From a virus (taxonomy: Duplodnaviria; Heunggongvirae; Uroviricota; Caudoviricetes): 25,367 bases of DNA. The position numbers and the translations under genes were made by a program. The stretch lies in IMG/VR virus record IMGVR_UViG_3300049219_000004; one strand, written 5' to 3'. The first letter of the stretch is position 1, and each line of letters opens with the position of its first letter. The notes under the pieces are model-generated. The model was not told where the DNA came from and made no database searches. It saw only the letters and a program-made list of their open reading frames with translations. Of the stretch, positions 1 to 8,309 are shown one piece after another.

Positions 1-19
1 CCATTGCTTTTAGCACAAC
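1..19 (+). repeat. 19-bp exact direct repeat, copy 1 (CCATTGCTTTTAGCACAAC); may extend beyond the window
   Basis: Identical to 769-787. Confidence 0.9.
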
Positions 20-127
20 CCAAGCCATACAACGCCAAGGCTCAGGAGGCTTATATTCAAGCCGTGGAGGTATGGAAAGCTGAGAGCACGACATCATCAG
101 AAGTAGTGCTACTATAATTTTTCTCAT
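1..127 (-). CDS. N-terminus of a gene running off the window edge; hydrophobic signal/anchor-like start (MRKIIVALLLMMSCSQLSIPPRLEYKPPEPWRCMAWVVLKAM...)
   Basis: Not in the ORF track. ATG at 127-125 overlaps the HNH stop as ATGA, is preceded by GGAGAGG, and the frame is open to base 1. Confidence 0.65.
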   Translation of the reverse strand, partial: MRKIIVALLLMMSCSQLSIPPRLEYKPPEPWRCMAWVVLKAM

Positions 128-711
128 GTTCCGTGCCTCTCCGTGTAGCCCGCACCTTGAGTATTTAGTTCACTAATTATAGCATCCCTGTACACACAAG
201 CTTGCTTAAAAGCTGGAAGAAGTCCTAAAGAAGCTACACTGAAATATTTAGATTTTCGCTTTCCTTTTAAATCATTCCATTGTGCTTTGCAGTACAGATT
301 TCCGGCTTTATTAGTATGAAACCCTACTCCAGTGACTCCTGAAGAATTGTTAGAAAACGTCCCTTTGTTACGAGAGTTTTGAACATTCCCAACTAGCCTA
401 AGATTCCATGATTTGTTGTTACTTCTGTCCCCACTTTCATGGTCAATTTCATCACCTTCGCCTAGTTCAACCTGATACACAATAGAATACACTATTCTAT
501 GACACTTTAGCTGTCTGCCTCTATGGCGTGTAATCCAGTAGCCAGTAGCTTCATGGAAATGCCCTACTTCGTCACCTTTTCGGTTAATCACTGTAGTATG
601 CTTTCTTCCTCGGAACTTGTCCTTTCGTAGTCTCAGACAACTTTTACTTGTTTCGTCGTAGTAGAAAGCCGCACTGAGTTCCTTCAACGATATTTCAGTG
701 CTCGCTCTCAT
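124..711 (-). CDS. HNH homing endonuclease with C-terminal AP2-like DNA-binding domain
   Basis: Motif HRIVY...IDHESGDRSNNKSWNLRLV...N followed by NxSGVTGV...W...K.K.F. Start placed at ATG 711 after AAGGGGTGAT (the track starts at 726). Confidence 0.9.
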   Translation of the reverse strand: MRASTEISLKELSAAFYYDETSKSCLRLRKDKFRGRKHTTVINRKGDEVGHFHEATGYWITRHRGRQLKCHRIVYSIVYQVELGEGDEIDHESGDRSNNKSWNLRLVGNVQNSRNKGTFSNNSSGVTGVGFHTNKAGNLYCKAQWNDLKGKRKSKYFSVASLGLLPAFKQACVYRDAIISELNTQGAGYTERHGT

Positions 712-712
712 A

Positions 713-871
713 TCACCCCTTAGCAAGTAGGTAATGATTACTAACTACCTTGAACGAGAAATCCTTGTCCATTGCTTTTAGCACAACACCTTCTCGCATG
801 ACGCCCGGAGCAGCACCATCTCCGTCTACGCAACGAATCTTATCACCTACCTTAAAAATTTTCTTACCCAT
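713..871 (-). CDS. Small hypothetical protein (MGKKIFKVGDKIRCV...), possibly truncated by the HNH cassette
   Basis: AAGGAGAG RBS before ATG 871; SH3/KOW-like phage start FKVGDKIRCV. Confidence 0.65.
   Translation of the reverse strand: MGKKIFKVGDKIRCVDGDGAAPGVMREGVVLKAMDKDFSFKVVSNHYLLAKG
769..787 (+). repeat. 19-bp exact direct repeat, copy 2
   Basis: Identical to 1-19; encodes VVLKAM on the minus strand in both ORFs. Confidence 0.9.
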
Positions 872-920
872 TGTTCTCTCCTTGTTGGTTGTCCCTGTAG
901 GGAATTTGTAAAGAAACGCT

Positions 921-949
921 ATCTTACTACTTACCTGTCGTGTTGTCAA
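921..949 (-). promoter_or_regulatory. sigma70 promoter TTGACA-17-TAAGAT
   Basis: Read directly on the minus strand; TAAGTAG box in the spacer. Confidence 0.75.
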
Positions 950-1158
950 GTACTTTGTTTACCTAGCGTCTTCAACACCACGTCAGCATAATGTGCTGGA
1001 TTGTGATGCCCTTTAGCAATGATCTTCAAACACAGGATGTAGTTGTCGCGTTCATTGATAGTCAGATCAAGCATACTCTCCAGCCCTGAGTTCCGGGCCT
1101 TCAGTTGCTCAACGTGTCTTTCCAGATGCTTCATGAGCTTTGGCAAATGTACGCACAT
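946..1158 (-). CDS. Hypothetical protein (coiled-coil)
   Basis: Abuts the upstream stop codon; co-oriented in the operon. Confidence 0.65.
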   Translation of the reverse strand: MCVHLPKLMKHLERHVEQLKARNSGLESMLDLTINERDNYILCLKIIAKGHHNPAHYADVVLKTLGKQST

Positions 1159-1353
1159 CTACGCCACCACAAGCTTGAACGGAGCGTTCACGTAAGCTGC
1201 ATACAGTAAACCAAAGGCGATTGCACCAGTGATGATGAAGTAGTCGAACGGAAACTTCCCGGTAAACAACACTTGTACGTAGGTGCCTCCCAGTGTCACC
1301 CACAGGAAGTACAAGCCCAGTGCTACCAAAAACAGAAATCCGATGATTGCCAT
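1159..1353 (-). CDS. Small membrane protein, two hydrophobic segments
   Basis: AAGGAG RBS before ATG 1353 (MAIIGFLFLVALG...), directly after the ligase stop. Confidence 0.75.
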   Translation of the reverse strand: MAIIGFLFLVALGLYFLWVTLGGTYVQVLFTGKFPFDYFIITGAIAFGLLYAAYVNAPFKLVVA

Positions 1354-1354
1354 G

Positions 1355-2737
1355 TTATGCTCCTTGTTTAGCAGCTTCCAACTGGGCGTAGATACGCTCC
1401 GTAGTGTCAGCTTTGTTCTTGTCCACGCCACTTCGTACTTCAACGAAGATTGGCAACGATAGGGAAGGCTTCTTACCTACTTCCCGGCTTTGAGTGATGT
1501 CGTTTGCTTCCACAGTGACAACAGCACCTTCGATCAGCCACGGCTTCTCCCAGAATTCCTTGCGCTGAGGGTCACTGAAGCCAGAGCCACATGCACACTG
1601 GATGCCAGAGTCCTCTGATTCAATGTAGACGCCACCAAGCATGCCTTTGGCTTTACCTTCGCCTTCATACATACCGTTGACACGCATCTCCACAGCGAAC
1701 TTGATCTTCAGCTTAACGATGTCCTTTGCCGTGCCATCCTTCCACAACGAAGCCGGGTCTTTGATGATACAGCCTTCCAGCCCACGTTGCAAGTGTTCTT
1801 GGTAGATAGCGAACGCTTCATCCAGGTTGGTTACTTCCTTCGTGTAGATGACAGAGACACGTCCCGGAATTTTGTCCACTTCATACTCAAGGCTTTCAAG
1901 ACGATCTTCGTAAGTACGCAGGGATTTGCCAGCTTCGAACTCTTCTTGAGTCAGCAAATCCCATGCTTCCATGTGAACGGAGTACCGGGATTCATCGAAC
2001 TTCTCACCGTCCTTCAATGCGGAGTTGAGCAAGCCGTTAGCAGTCTTACGCTCCAACGATTGACTACCCAGACCTTGCATCTTTTCGTCTACCAGCAGTT
2101 CGCCTACCAATACCTTACCCGGCTTCAGGCCGTATGCGAGTTTCTGAGCAAACCATTGTGGGTACTTGCTACCTTGGCGGGTAATCACGTCTACAGTGTC
2201 ATCCAGACGCTTCACAACGTACGCAAACGATCCGTCAGCTTTGGTCTGTACATAGAACTTCTTTAGCTTTGCAAAGCGCTGACGAGCCTTCACATCCAGC
2301 AGCGAACAACGTTGGTATGGTGGCAGGAAGTATAAGTCAGGCCACGTCTTCAACACCATCGTATCACCTACGGATGCACCAATCTTACGATCCAACATGT
2401 ACCCGACAAGTTCTTTGCCTTCTGGCGAAAGGGAACACAGCAAGTCCTTCAGGTGACGTACTGCCTTGTCGCCAGTGTAGGTACGGTTAGCCAGTTCGGC
2501 CATCACTTCCAGCATTGTCGTTGGATCGTATTTGCCGTCCGGGTAGTCAGACCAGTCCATATTCCAGTGGTACGGCCCCTTTGGTAGCTTTTTCTGATAG
2601 TAGTTGATACCTACGTCGTACACAGCCTTCATGTACGCCTTGAACAACTCATTGTCCTTGTTGGCGTCGAGAATGGCTTGCTTCTCGATATTGCCTTGAG
2701 CCTCTTGCAGGCTTTTGATGATGTTATACAGCTTCAT
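1355..2737 (-). CDS. lig: ATP-dependent DNA ligase, T4 gp30-like
   Basis: Motif I QTKADG, GELL, EGCIIK, KLK, C-terminal OB-fold GSGF...LPIF; AAGGAGG RBS. Confidence 0.95.
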   Translation of the reverse strand: MKLYNIIKSLQEAQGNIEKQAILDANKDNELFKAYMKAVYDVGINYYQKKLPKGPYHWNMDWSDYPDGKYDPTTMLEVMAELANRTYTGDKAVRHLKDLLCSLSPEGKELVGYMLDRKIGASVGDTMVLKTWPDLYFLPPYQRCSLLDVKARQRFAKLKKFYVQTKADGSFAYVVKRLDDTVDVITRQGSKYPQWFAQKLAYGLKPGKVLVGELLVDEKMQGLGSQSLERKTANGLLNSALKDGEKFDESRYSVHMEAWDLLTQEEFEAGKSLRTYEDRLESLEYEVDKIPGRVSVIYTKEVTNLDEAFAIYQEHLQRGLEGCIIKDPASLWKDGTAKDIVKLKIKFAVEMRVNGMYEGEGKAKGMLGGVYIESEDSGIQCACGSGFSDPQRKEFWEKPWLIEGAVVTVEANDITQSREVGKKPSLSLPIFVEVRSGVDKNKADTTERIYAQLEAAKQGA

Positions 2738-3030
2738 TTATGTCTACCCTCCTTAACCATTTTAATCATGTTGTTCAGCATGCAGATGCGGTAGCTGTTC
2801 ACCACCTCATTGGCGATGTACGTATACGGCTTCATCTTCCACTTCTTACGTAAAAACTTTTCCATTGTATACATTTTCCCGATATGCATCTCTACCATCC
2901 GTTTGATGCAATGTTCTCCTGCTTCAAACATAGCTTCAACGCAAACATAATTACTGTACGAAGGCTTACTGTCAATCTTGGATTTTATTTTCTCGATTGT
3001 TTCTAGAATCTGATGGTCAAATGTGTTCAT
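2734..3030 (-). CDS. Hypothetical protein
   Basis: AAGGAG RBS; ATGA overlaps at both ends. Confidence 0.75.
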   Translation of the reverse strand: MNTFDHQILETIEKIKSKIDSKPSYSNYVCVEAMFEAGEHCIKRMVEMHIGKMYTMEKFLRKKWKMKPYTYIANEVVNSYRICMLNNMIKMVKEGRHK

Positions 3031-3377
3031 GCCATCAACTCCTTACGGATGTCTTCCAGCATCTTCTTGCGGAAGGCTTGTGCATACTGGTAAGTTTCAT
3101 CGTAGTTATCGTCTTTCTCTCGCAGGTAGGAGCTGGCGGTGAAATATCCGTCAATGTACGTATCAATCCGTTTAAGCACCCAGAGAGTGTCTGGGTGCTC
3201 CTTTGCTTCACCGTACTCTAGTCCCAGGATTAGCATCGCTGCTTTAACCGTTGCATAACATGCATACAATTCAAATACTCGTACTGAATTTTTATCGTAT
3301 TGAGATCTAACGTTATTGCCATCCCACAACTTTTGAATTGCTGCATCTACAATAGCTACTTTCATTACATTGGTCAT
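3027..3377 (-). CDS. Hypothetical protein
   Basis: AAGGAG RBS; first gene after the promoter at 3448. Confidence 0.8.
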   Translation of the reverse strand: MTNVMKVAIVDAAIQKLWDGNNVRSQYDKNSVRVFELYACYATVKAAMLILGLEYGEAKEHPDTLWVLKRIDTYIDGYFTASSYLREKDDNYDETYQYAQAFRKKMLEDIRKELMA

Positions 3378-3419
3378 CTTTTTCTCCTTGTGTGTGCCGG
3401 AAGGCGTTGGTCAAACTGC

Positions 3420-3448
3420 ATTCTCTTCTAAAAATTTTCCCTTGTCAA
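3420..3448 (-). promoter_or_regulatory. Probable sigma70 promoter TTGACA-17-GAGAAT
   Basis: Perfect -35 and weaker -10, upstream of the ligase operon. Confidence 0.55.
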
Positions 3449-3940
3449 GCATGTAGCACTACCTAAATTGTAACAAACCCCCACTTGTTTTGGATTTCAT
3501 CTCAGATATCTAAAGGTAGAATTTTCACAGGAACTGGGGAATTTTCAGATTCTTTTTATACGAAATGCTTCCTACTTGTCTCAGAAAGTGACTAGTGTTT
3601 CATTCTTACAACACTTCGTATTTCTTCCATGCAATAAATTACATTTAGGCAATGCAGCGGCTTTTCCTGCTAAGACCTCCTTGTAGGCTTCCTCCAGTAT
3701 AGGTCGGCACACACATAAGAGCAAGAAAATACTGGTTGCACATACAGTGGTAGCTAGCGTTACATACCTACATAACTCGGCAGGATGTAATTTTAGAAAG
3801 GTTCCTCTAATTTGTTGCACGAAAGCTGCGCACGATTGGAATTCCCTTGAAATTCTGAAGAGCTTGACTAAACTTGGAATTGTCCACTGGACGTAAGCAT
3901 CCAACCCTTCAAAACTTGTGTTCACTAAAGGAGAAATAAC

Positions 3941-4654
3941 ATGGCCACCGATATCCTCTGCCGCTTTGACCCAGCTAAACGTGAAGCTGTCGTGTTCCTC
4001 GCTGACTCCATGAAAGGCAACAAGATTCAAGCATGGAATGGCTCTGGTAATCCTCAATTCGTTCCTCTTGATTACTATCATATGACCGCACCGTTGTCGG
4101 CTGCTGACGAAAAGGTGTTGATGGAGCGCTTCAAACAAGCCACCAACCGTGGGGATCAAGTGGTAAGGCTTCGTCAGCGTTTGCCACGTGTCTCTCGTCC
4201 TCTGCCTAACCTGCTGTCCAACGAAACGTCCAAGTCTGTGTTGCAGCCTGAAGCACAACCTAGTGTTCTGCCTATTGCTACGGCTCCAGTGGTTCCTATT
4301 GCTGGCGAATTGCCTAGTGCTGCCATCTACCGCCAGATTGTAGCCGATAATGATCGATTGATGCAAATGCAATCTTCCATCGGCGTTCTCACCCAGCAAA
4401 TGGATAGCATGATGGGGCAGCTCAAACAAGTACAAACCGATTTTGATGCTGCCAAAGCTGCTTACAACACGTTGACGGTTAAGTATAGCGAGGCTATTGA
4501 ACAGGAAGCTAAAGACATTCTGGCCCAGCGTAAAGCAGAACTGGCTGCTGTCGGCTCTCAGCCTGTTGTAGAACCTTCCGTCGTGGCTCCCAAGGCTTCG
4601 CCTAAGCGTGTTCGTAAGGCTCCTGCTAAGAAGGTGATTCGCCAGCGTAAATAA
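3941..4654 (+). CDS. Hypothetical protein with Pro-rich linker, coiled coil and Lys/Ala/Pro-rich basic tail
   Basis: AAGGAG RBS; C-terminus APKASPKRVRKAPAKKVIRQRK. Confidence 0.85.
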   Translation: MATDILCRFDPAKREAVVFLADSMKGNKIQAWNGSGNPQFVPLDYYHMTAPLSAADEKVLMERFKQATNRGDQVVRLRQRLPRVSRPLPNLLSNETSKSVLQPEAQPSVLPIATAPVVPIAGELPSAAIYRQIVADNDRLMQMQSSIGVLTQQMDSMMGQLKQVQTDFDAAKAAYNTLTVKYSEAIEQEAKDILAQRKAELAAVGSQPVVEPSVVAPKASPKRVRKAPAKKVIRQRK

Positions 4655-4672
4655 GGGCTACCGCCTACAAGG

Positions 4673-4694
4673 CGTGGAGACATGCGTCTCCACG
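4673..4694 (+). terminator. 9-bp hairpin after the ORF; terminator-like or stabiliser, weak U-tract
   Basis: CGTGGAGAC-ATGC-GTCTCCACG. Confidence 0.45.
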
Positions 4695-4748
4695 TCGTAT
4701 TTCCTTCCTGTATTAAATTCCCCACATTAAAATATTTTCAAATAATTC

Positions 4749-4777
4749 TTGCACGGACAGGAATTGTTAGGTATAGT
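4749..4777 (+). promoter_or_regulatory. Strong early sigma70 promoter TTGCAC-17-TATAGT with AT-rich UP element
   Basis: Preceded by AAAATATTTTCAAATAATTC. Confidence 0.75.
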
Positions 4778-4850
4778 GACTTCATTGCAGCGAGAAACGC
4801 AGCAAAATTTAGCTAGCACTACTAACCTACTCCCTTGAAAAGAGAACAGC

Positions 4851-5342
4851 ATGAACAACATCAAATACAAAGGCTTCAACATCGCAGAACGTAAGGCCCT
4901 CGGCTCTATTGTTATCCAAAAGAATATTCGTTACTACGTTCAAGTGGCTGACTTCATCTGTCCCGGCACTCACCCTTTCCGCGAAGATGGCTACCCTACG
5001 CTGAACCATGCCAAGGGCGCTGTCACTAACCACTTGAAGGCTGTTGAAAAGCAGCACGAAGATCTGTTTGACGATGTATCCGATTTGGTGAAAGAAGATG
5101 ACATGGACGTAGCCCTGTCTCATCTGGAGCATGTGATTGCCTCCAAGATTTTCACCAAATCGCCTAAGTCGGTGGTAGCCTCCCGTAATAAACGTGAGGG
5201 CCACATGTTCGGCAAGGTAGCTGGTGCGGTTTGCCGTGGTAAAACTCGTAAAGGTAGTGGCTGGCTGTGTTCTGCTGGTAGCTACAACGACACTCGCAAA
5301 CAACGCAAACAGTTCAAACTGCAAGCATCCCGTAACATCTAA
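4851..5342 (+). CDS. Hypothetical early protein
   Basis: First ORF after promoter 4749; purine-rich RBS. Confidence 0.8.
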   Translation: MNNIKYKGFNIAERKALGSIVIQKNIRYYVQVADFICPGTHPFREDGYPTLNHAKGAVTNHLKAVEKQHEDLFDDVSDLVKEDDMDVALSHLEHVIASKIFTKSPKSVVASRNKREGHMFGKVAGAVCRGKTRKGSGWLCSAGSYNDTRKQRKQFKLQASRNI

Positions 5343-5361
5343 CGAGTAGGAGCATTAGAAC

Positions 5362-5529
5362 ATGCAAGGTAATAGCAATTTCGAACGTAAGCAACGCACC
5401 AGCAAGAACGCTCGTCCTCCTCGTGGCAATGAGCAAGTGGAACGTCAGCAGCAAGAGAAGCGTGGTAAGCAGTGGAGCCGCGAGAACAACAAGCGTGACC
5501 AGTGGAATTCGTTTGATTCCTTCCAATAA
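5362..5529 (+). CDS. Small, highly charged hypothetical protein, 55 aa (MQGNSNFERKQR...FDSFQ)
   Basis: Below the track cutoff; AGGAG RBS; fills the gap between co-oriented genes. Confidence 0.75.
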   Translation: MQGNSNFERKQRTSKNARPPRGNEQVERQQQEKRGKQWSRENNKRDQWNSFDSFQ

Positions 5530-5543
5530 ATCGAGGTGACATC

Positions 5544-5831
5544 ATGAGCCGTATCATCAAAACTAAATACTGGGTTGACTATCGCGCACGCGAGGAGGAT
5601 ACCATTCGTGTGAACAGCAGCAGCAATGCTAACGTGGCAGTGGCTACCTGCATCATGCACATGCAGATTGACCACTACGGGGCAGCTCTGGCTGAAGTGT
5701 GGGATGATGATACGGGAGCTTTGCACGCTGTAATTAAGCGTAAGAGCAATGGGAATATCGAAATCATCTACAAGCGCAACCCGAAGAAGTTTGAGGTGCG
5801 TTTGGCTACCGACGTAAAACGTCGCCTGTAA
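5544..5831 (+). CDS. Hypothetical phage early protein
   Basis: GAGGTG RBS; LAEVWDDDTGALHAVIKR resembles small phage early proteins. Confidence 0.8.
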   Translation: MSRIIKTKYWVDYRAREEDTIRVNSSSNANVAVATCIMHMQIDHYGAALAEVWDDDTGALHAVIKRKSNGNIEIIYKRNPKKFEVRLATDVKRRL

Positions 5832-5842
5832 GGAGATATGTA

Positions 5843-6093
5843 ATGACTACCAACACCAAAGAGAGCGCACCAGCCGAGTTGCCGCCCTAGTAGAGCAGCA
5901 TGAAGCGCAAGAGCCTGTGGGCATTCGCGGCCCGATGCGGGACCAGGATCGGCAGTATTGCATGTCCTATGCGCGGACACTGGGTGTCAGTCAAGAGACT
6001 GCCGATGCCATCATTTCTTGTGTCGCGCCAAAAGCTTATGTGAATGGATTCAAAGACAATGAGCCTACCCTAGCAGCCACGCAAGCATATTGA
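5843..6093 (+). pseudogene. Frameshifted ORF: RBS-led MTTNTK... stops after 15 codons, while the -1 frame stays open to 6093
   Basis: AAGGAG-7nt-ATG at 5843. The -1 frame reads RERTSRVAALVEQHEAQ...AATQAY and is followed by a terminator. Confidence 0.5.
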
Positions 6094-6121
6094 GATATTT
6101 CATTCCTGATATTTCAAATCA

Positions 6122-6149
6122 AAAGCCTCCTTGTGAGGCTTTGCTTTTT
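6122..6149 (+). terminator. Rho-independent terminator
   Basis: AAAGCCTC-CTTGT-GAGGCTTT followed by GCTTTTT. Confidence 0.65.
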
Positions 6150-6188
6150 GGTCTACAATTTTATATTCCAGCAACTAGGGAGAAAGTC

Positions 6189-6521
6189 ATGGCAGTACGT
6201 CAGTACAGGCACTATGTTGTGTTGTTGGAACACTTCACGATGGATGAGGATAATAATCCTCTGGCCTATTATACTATCTTCGGAACTGACGGGCCTGTAG
6301 ATAACTCTGGCCCTACCTTTGCAGCTCCAACGTTGTTCCGTAGCAAGAAGCGGCAAAAGACAGGCTTCATTCCCCACAGTGATGTATATGTTTCAACGGC
6401 TCTTCATAAGATTGGAGCACCGAACGCATGTACGCTCATGAAACGGGAAGGTTCAATAATCAAGGATGAAATATGGCTGGTGTATAACAGCCCAATCTTA
6501 CAGCAAGGAGAAATTATATGA
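6189..6521 (+). CDS. Hypothetical protein (MAVRQYRHY...)
   Basis: GGGAG RBS before ATG 6189; the track start at 6090 would span the terminator. Confidence 0.7.
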   Translation: MAVRQYRHYVVLLEHFTMDEDNNPLAYYTIFGTDGPVDNSGPTFAAPTLFRSKKRQKTGFIPHSDVYVSTALHKIGAPNACTLMKREGSIIKDEIWLVYNSPILQQGEII

Positions 6522-6916
6522 ATGTATCTTCTGTCCCAGCTTTGAAAGTCGATAGCATCCTCTTCAAAAACACCTTGATGCACCAGCGTGCAAAGAATGA
6601 ACGTCGTGTTGTGCACGCCTTGTTTGAAATGCTTGTATCACATGGCTTCCGCATCATTGCCGTATGGGACGGTGAGACGATGGAGAAAACCTACTCTGAA
6701 GCTACGCAGGTGACGGATGCTATGGAAACTGTTTTCAATCTAGACGAATCTAGCGTCTGGGTGGTTAAACCGGGATTCAAAGAGCATTATATTTACATTG
6801 TTCTGGGTAACGCGGATGACGGGTCAGAAGTTGTTGCAGATTACTCGTACAGCAATAATGATCCCGACAATTTCAACGCTCTCATGGAAGCCTTTGAGCC
6901 AGAGAAATACGTCTAA
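6518..6916 (+). CDS. Hypothetical phage early protein
   Basis: AAGGAG RBS, ATGA overlap; WDGE...FNLDE...VLGN...ADYS pattern typical of small phage early proteins. Confidence 0.85.
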   Translation: MNVSSVPALKVDSILFKNTLMHQRAKNERRVVHALFEMLVSHGFRIIAVWDGETMEKTYSEATQVTDAMETVFNLDESSVWVVKPGFKEHYIYIVLGNADDGSEVVADYSYSNNDPDNFNALMEAFEPEKYV

Positions 6917-6941
6917 ACTTAAAATAGCTCCAGAACGATTT

Positions 6942-6970
6942 AAACCGCCTTCAGGGCGGTTTTCTTTTTC
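6942..6970 (+). terminator. Rho-independent terminator ending the first early cassette
   Basis: AAACCGCC-TTCAG-GGCGGTTT plus TCTTTTT. Confidence 0.85.
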
Positions 6971-7171
6971 GTTTGATGGGAATGTTCAGGCCACTCGATT
7001 TAAACGCCTCAGAGAACGTTTTCGAATCCTATCAGGAATTGACTAGGACGAATTTGCTGGTGGACTGGGGAATTTTGGAGTTCTTTCTTAGAGCCAGAAT
7101 GTCCTACTCTGACCCCAGAAAACGGGGAGGGCGTAGCAGAATTACAACATATTTCACACAAGCAACGTTTC

Positions 7172-7268
7172 TGTGGATAAGCTGTGGACAACTCCGGTTT
7201 TGGACGGATTTTGGGCCTAGCCTGTGGACAACTTTATTGAAAGTTGGTCTGAAGACATGTTATCCACA
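7172..7268. promoter_or_regulatory. DnaA-box cluster 1 (four boxes)
   Basis: TGTGGATAA 7172, TGTGGACAA 7183 and 7223, TTATCCACA 7260; consensus TTATNCACA. Confidence 0.75.
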
Positions 7269-7461
7269 TCCGTTGTCATAGATATAACACTCCCTGACAC
7301 AAAGACAATATTACTTTTGTGAAACATGTTAGGGAGTGTTACATTCTTGCTTGTAGGAAATGTACCCTGTTTCTTTCATAGGTACATGCCTATCTTTATT
7401 CCTTCCATCGTAGCAATTTCAACGCCCTAGTAACAGGTTATGGAGCATACCTTAGTAAAAG

Positions 7462-7489
7462 TTGACACTACGGAAAGTTATGATATAGT
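7462..7489 (+). promoter_or_regulatory. Promoter TTGACA-16-TATAGT with TG extension
   Basis: Directly upstream of the endonuclease ORF. Confidence 0.6.
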
Positions 7490-7519
7490 AGTAATTTTGT
7501 TTGACATAGAAAGGAAAGT

Positions 7520-8080
7520 ATGAGTGTTAAACGTGGTAAGTACGCAAGAAACAGACAAGGAAAGTACGCAAAAGAGTATCTAGCTTGGCTAGCAATGTCT
7601 GATAGGTGCAGTGACAAGTTTCAAATAGCTAACCCTACATATAAAGGTTGCTATATGTCTGAAGAGTTTAAAGATTTTGATACTTTTGTTGACTGGTGCC
7701 ATACGCAACCCGGATTTAGTTTTCCAGATGCCCAGTTAGACAAAGATTTACTTGTGACCGGTAACAAGTTGTACGGTTCAGAAACTTGTGTTTTCCTGCC
7801 TAGAAAAGTGAATCAAGTTATTAATAAGAGGGCGGCAAGTCGTGGCAATCTGCCTATTGGAGTAAGTAAGGTAGCTAGCAACACAAAACCTTACTTGGCA
7901 CAGTGCAACAGAGGTGCATCAAGGTTCAGGCAAGGCTTTGCAACAGTAGAAGATGCTTTCTTAGCTTATAAGCAAGAAAAGGAGCGGTACATAAAATACT
8001 TGGCAAAATTGTATGAAGGTAAGATTGACCAAAGAGCTATTAACGCTTTGCTAACGTACAAGGTAAATATCAATGACTAA
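7520..8080 (+). CDS. Free-standing phage homing-type endonuclease (His-Me finger family, LDKDLL...GNKLY...ETCVFLP..VN) with AP2-like C-terminus
   Basis: Recognisable pattern W..M..RC...Y..C...EF.DF..F..W...LDKD; AAGGA RBS; own promoter. Confidence 0.75.
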   Translation: MSVKRGKYARNRQGKYAKEYLAWLAMSDRCSDKFQIANPTYKGCYMSEEFKDFDTFVDWCHTQPGFSFPDAQLDKDLLVTGNKLYGSETCVFLPRKVNQVINKRAASRGNLPIGVSKVASNTKPYLAQCNRGASRFRQGFATVEDAFLAYKQEKERYIKYLAKLYEGKIDQRAINALLTYKVNIND

Positions 8081-8087
8081 CTAACTC

Positions 8088-8270
8088 CTATAGAGGACTG
8101 ACAACTAGACAAATAATCAATGTCCTCTATAAGAGTGCTCTTCTATAAGTTAGAAGAGATGTCTTCTATAAGACATTAGACCTAACTTCAAAGTAAGCCT
8201 TATTCTATAAGGTTGTCCCACTTCCTCTGCATGTAATTTCATGTAAGTGTGTCCGTGTATTGCATGTAAA
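8088..8270. repeat. Iteron-like short repeats: TCTATAAG x4 and CATGTAA x3
   Basis: TCTATAAG at 8126, 8142, 8165, 8204; inverted pair TATAGAGGAC 8089 / GTCCTCTATA 8122; CATGTAA at 8230, 8240, 8263. Confidence 0.7.
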
Positions 8271-8309
8271 TTCACACAAATAACTGTCCTAATTTACATA
8301 AAACACTAC

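Noticed and set aside
1-790. Group I intron carrying the HNH gene
   Set aside because: No recognisable P7/R/S core or room for it; the HNH stop overlaps the next ATG.
1787-2490. Plus-strand ORFs inside the ligase (1787-2266, 2269-2490)
   Set aside because: Antisense shadows of a confident gene; no RBS or motifs.
3581-4435. 284-aa minus-strand ORF
   Set aside because: Shadow of 3941-4654, which has a strong RBS; the translation looks non-protein-like.
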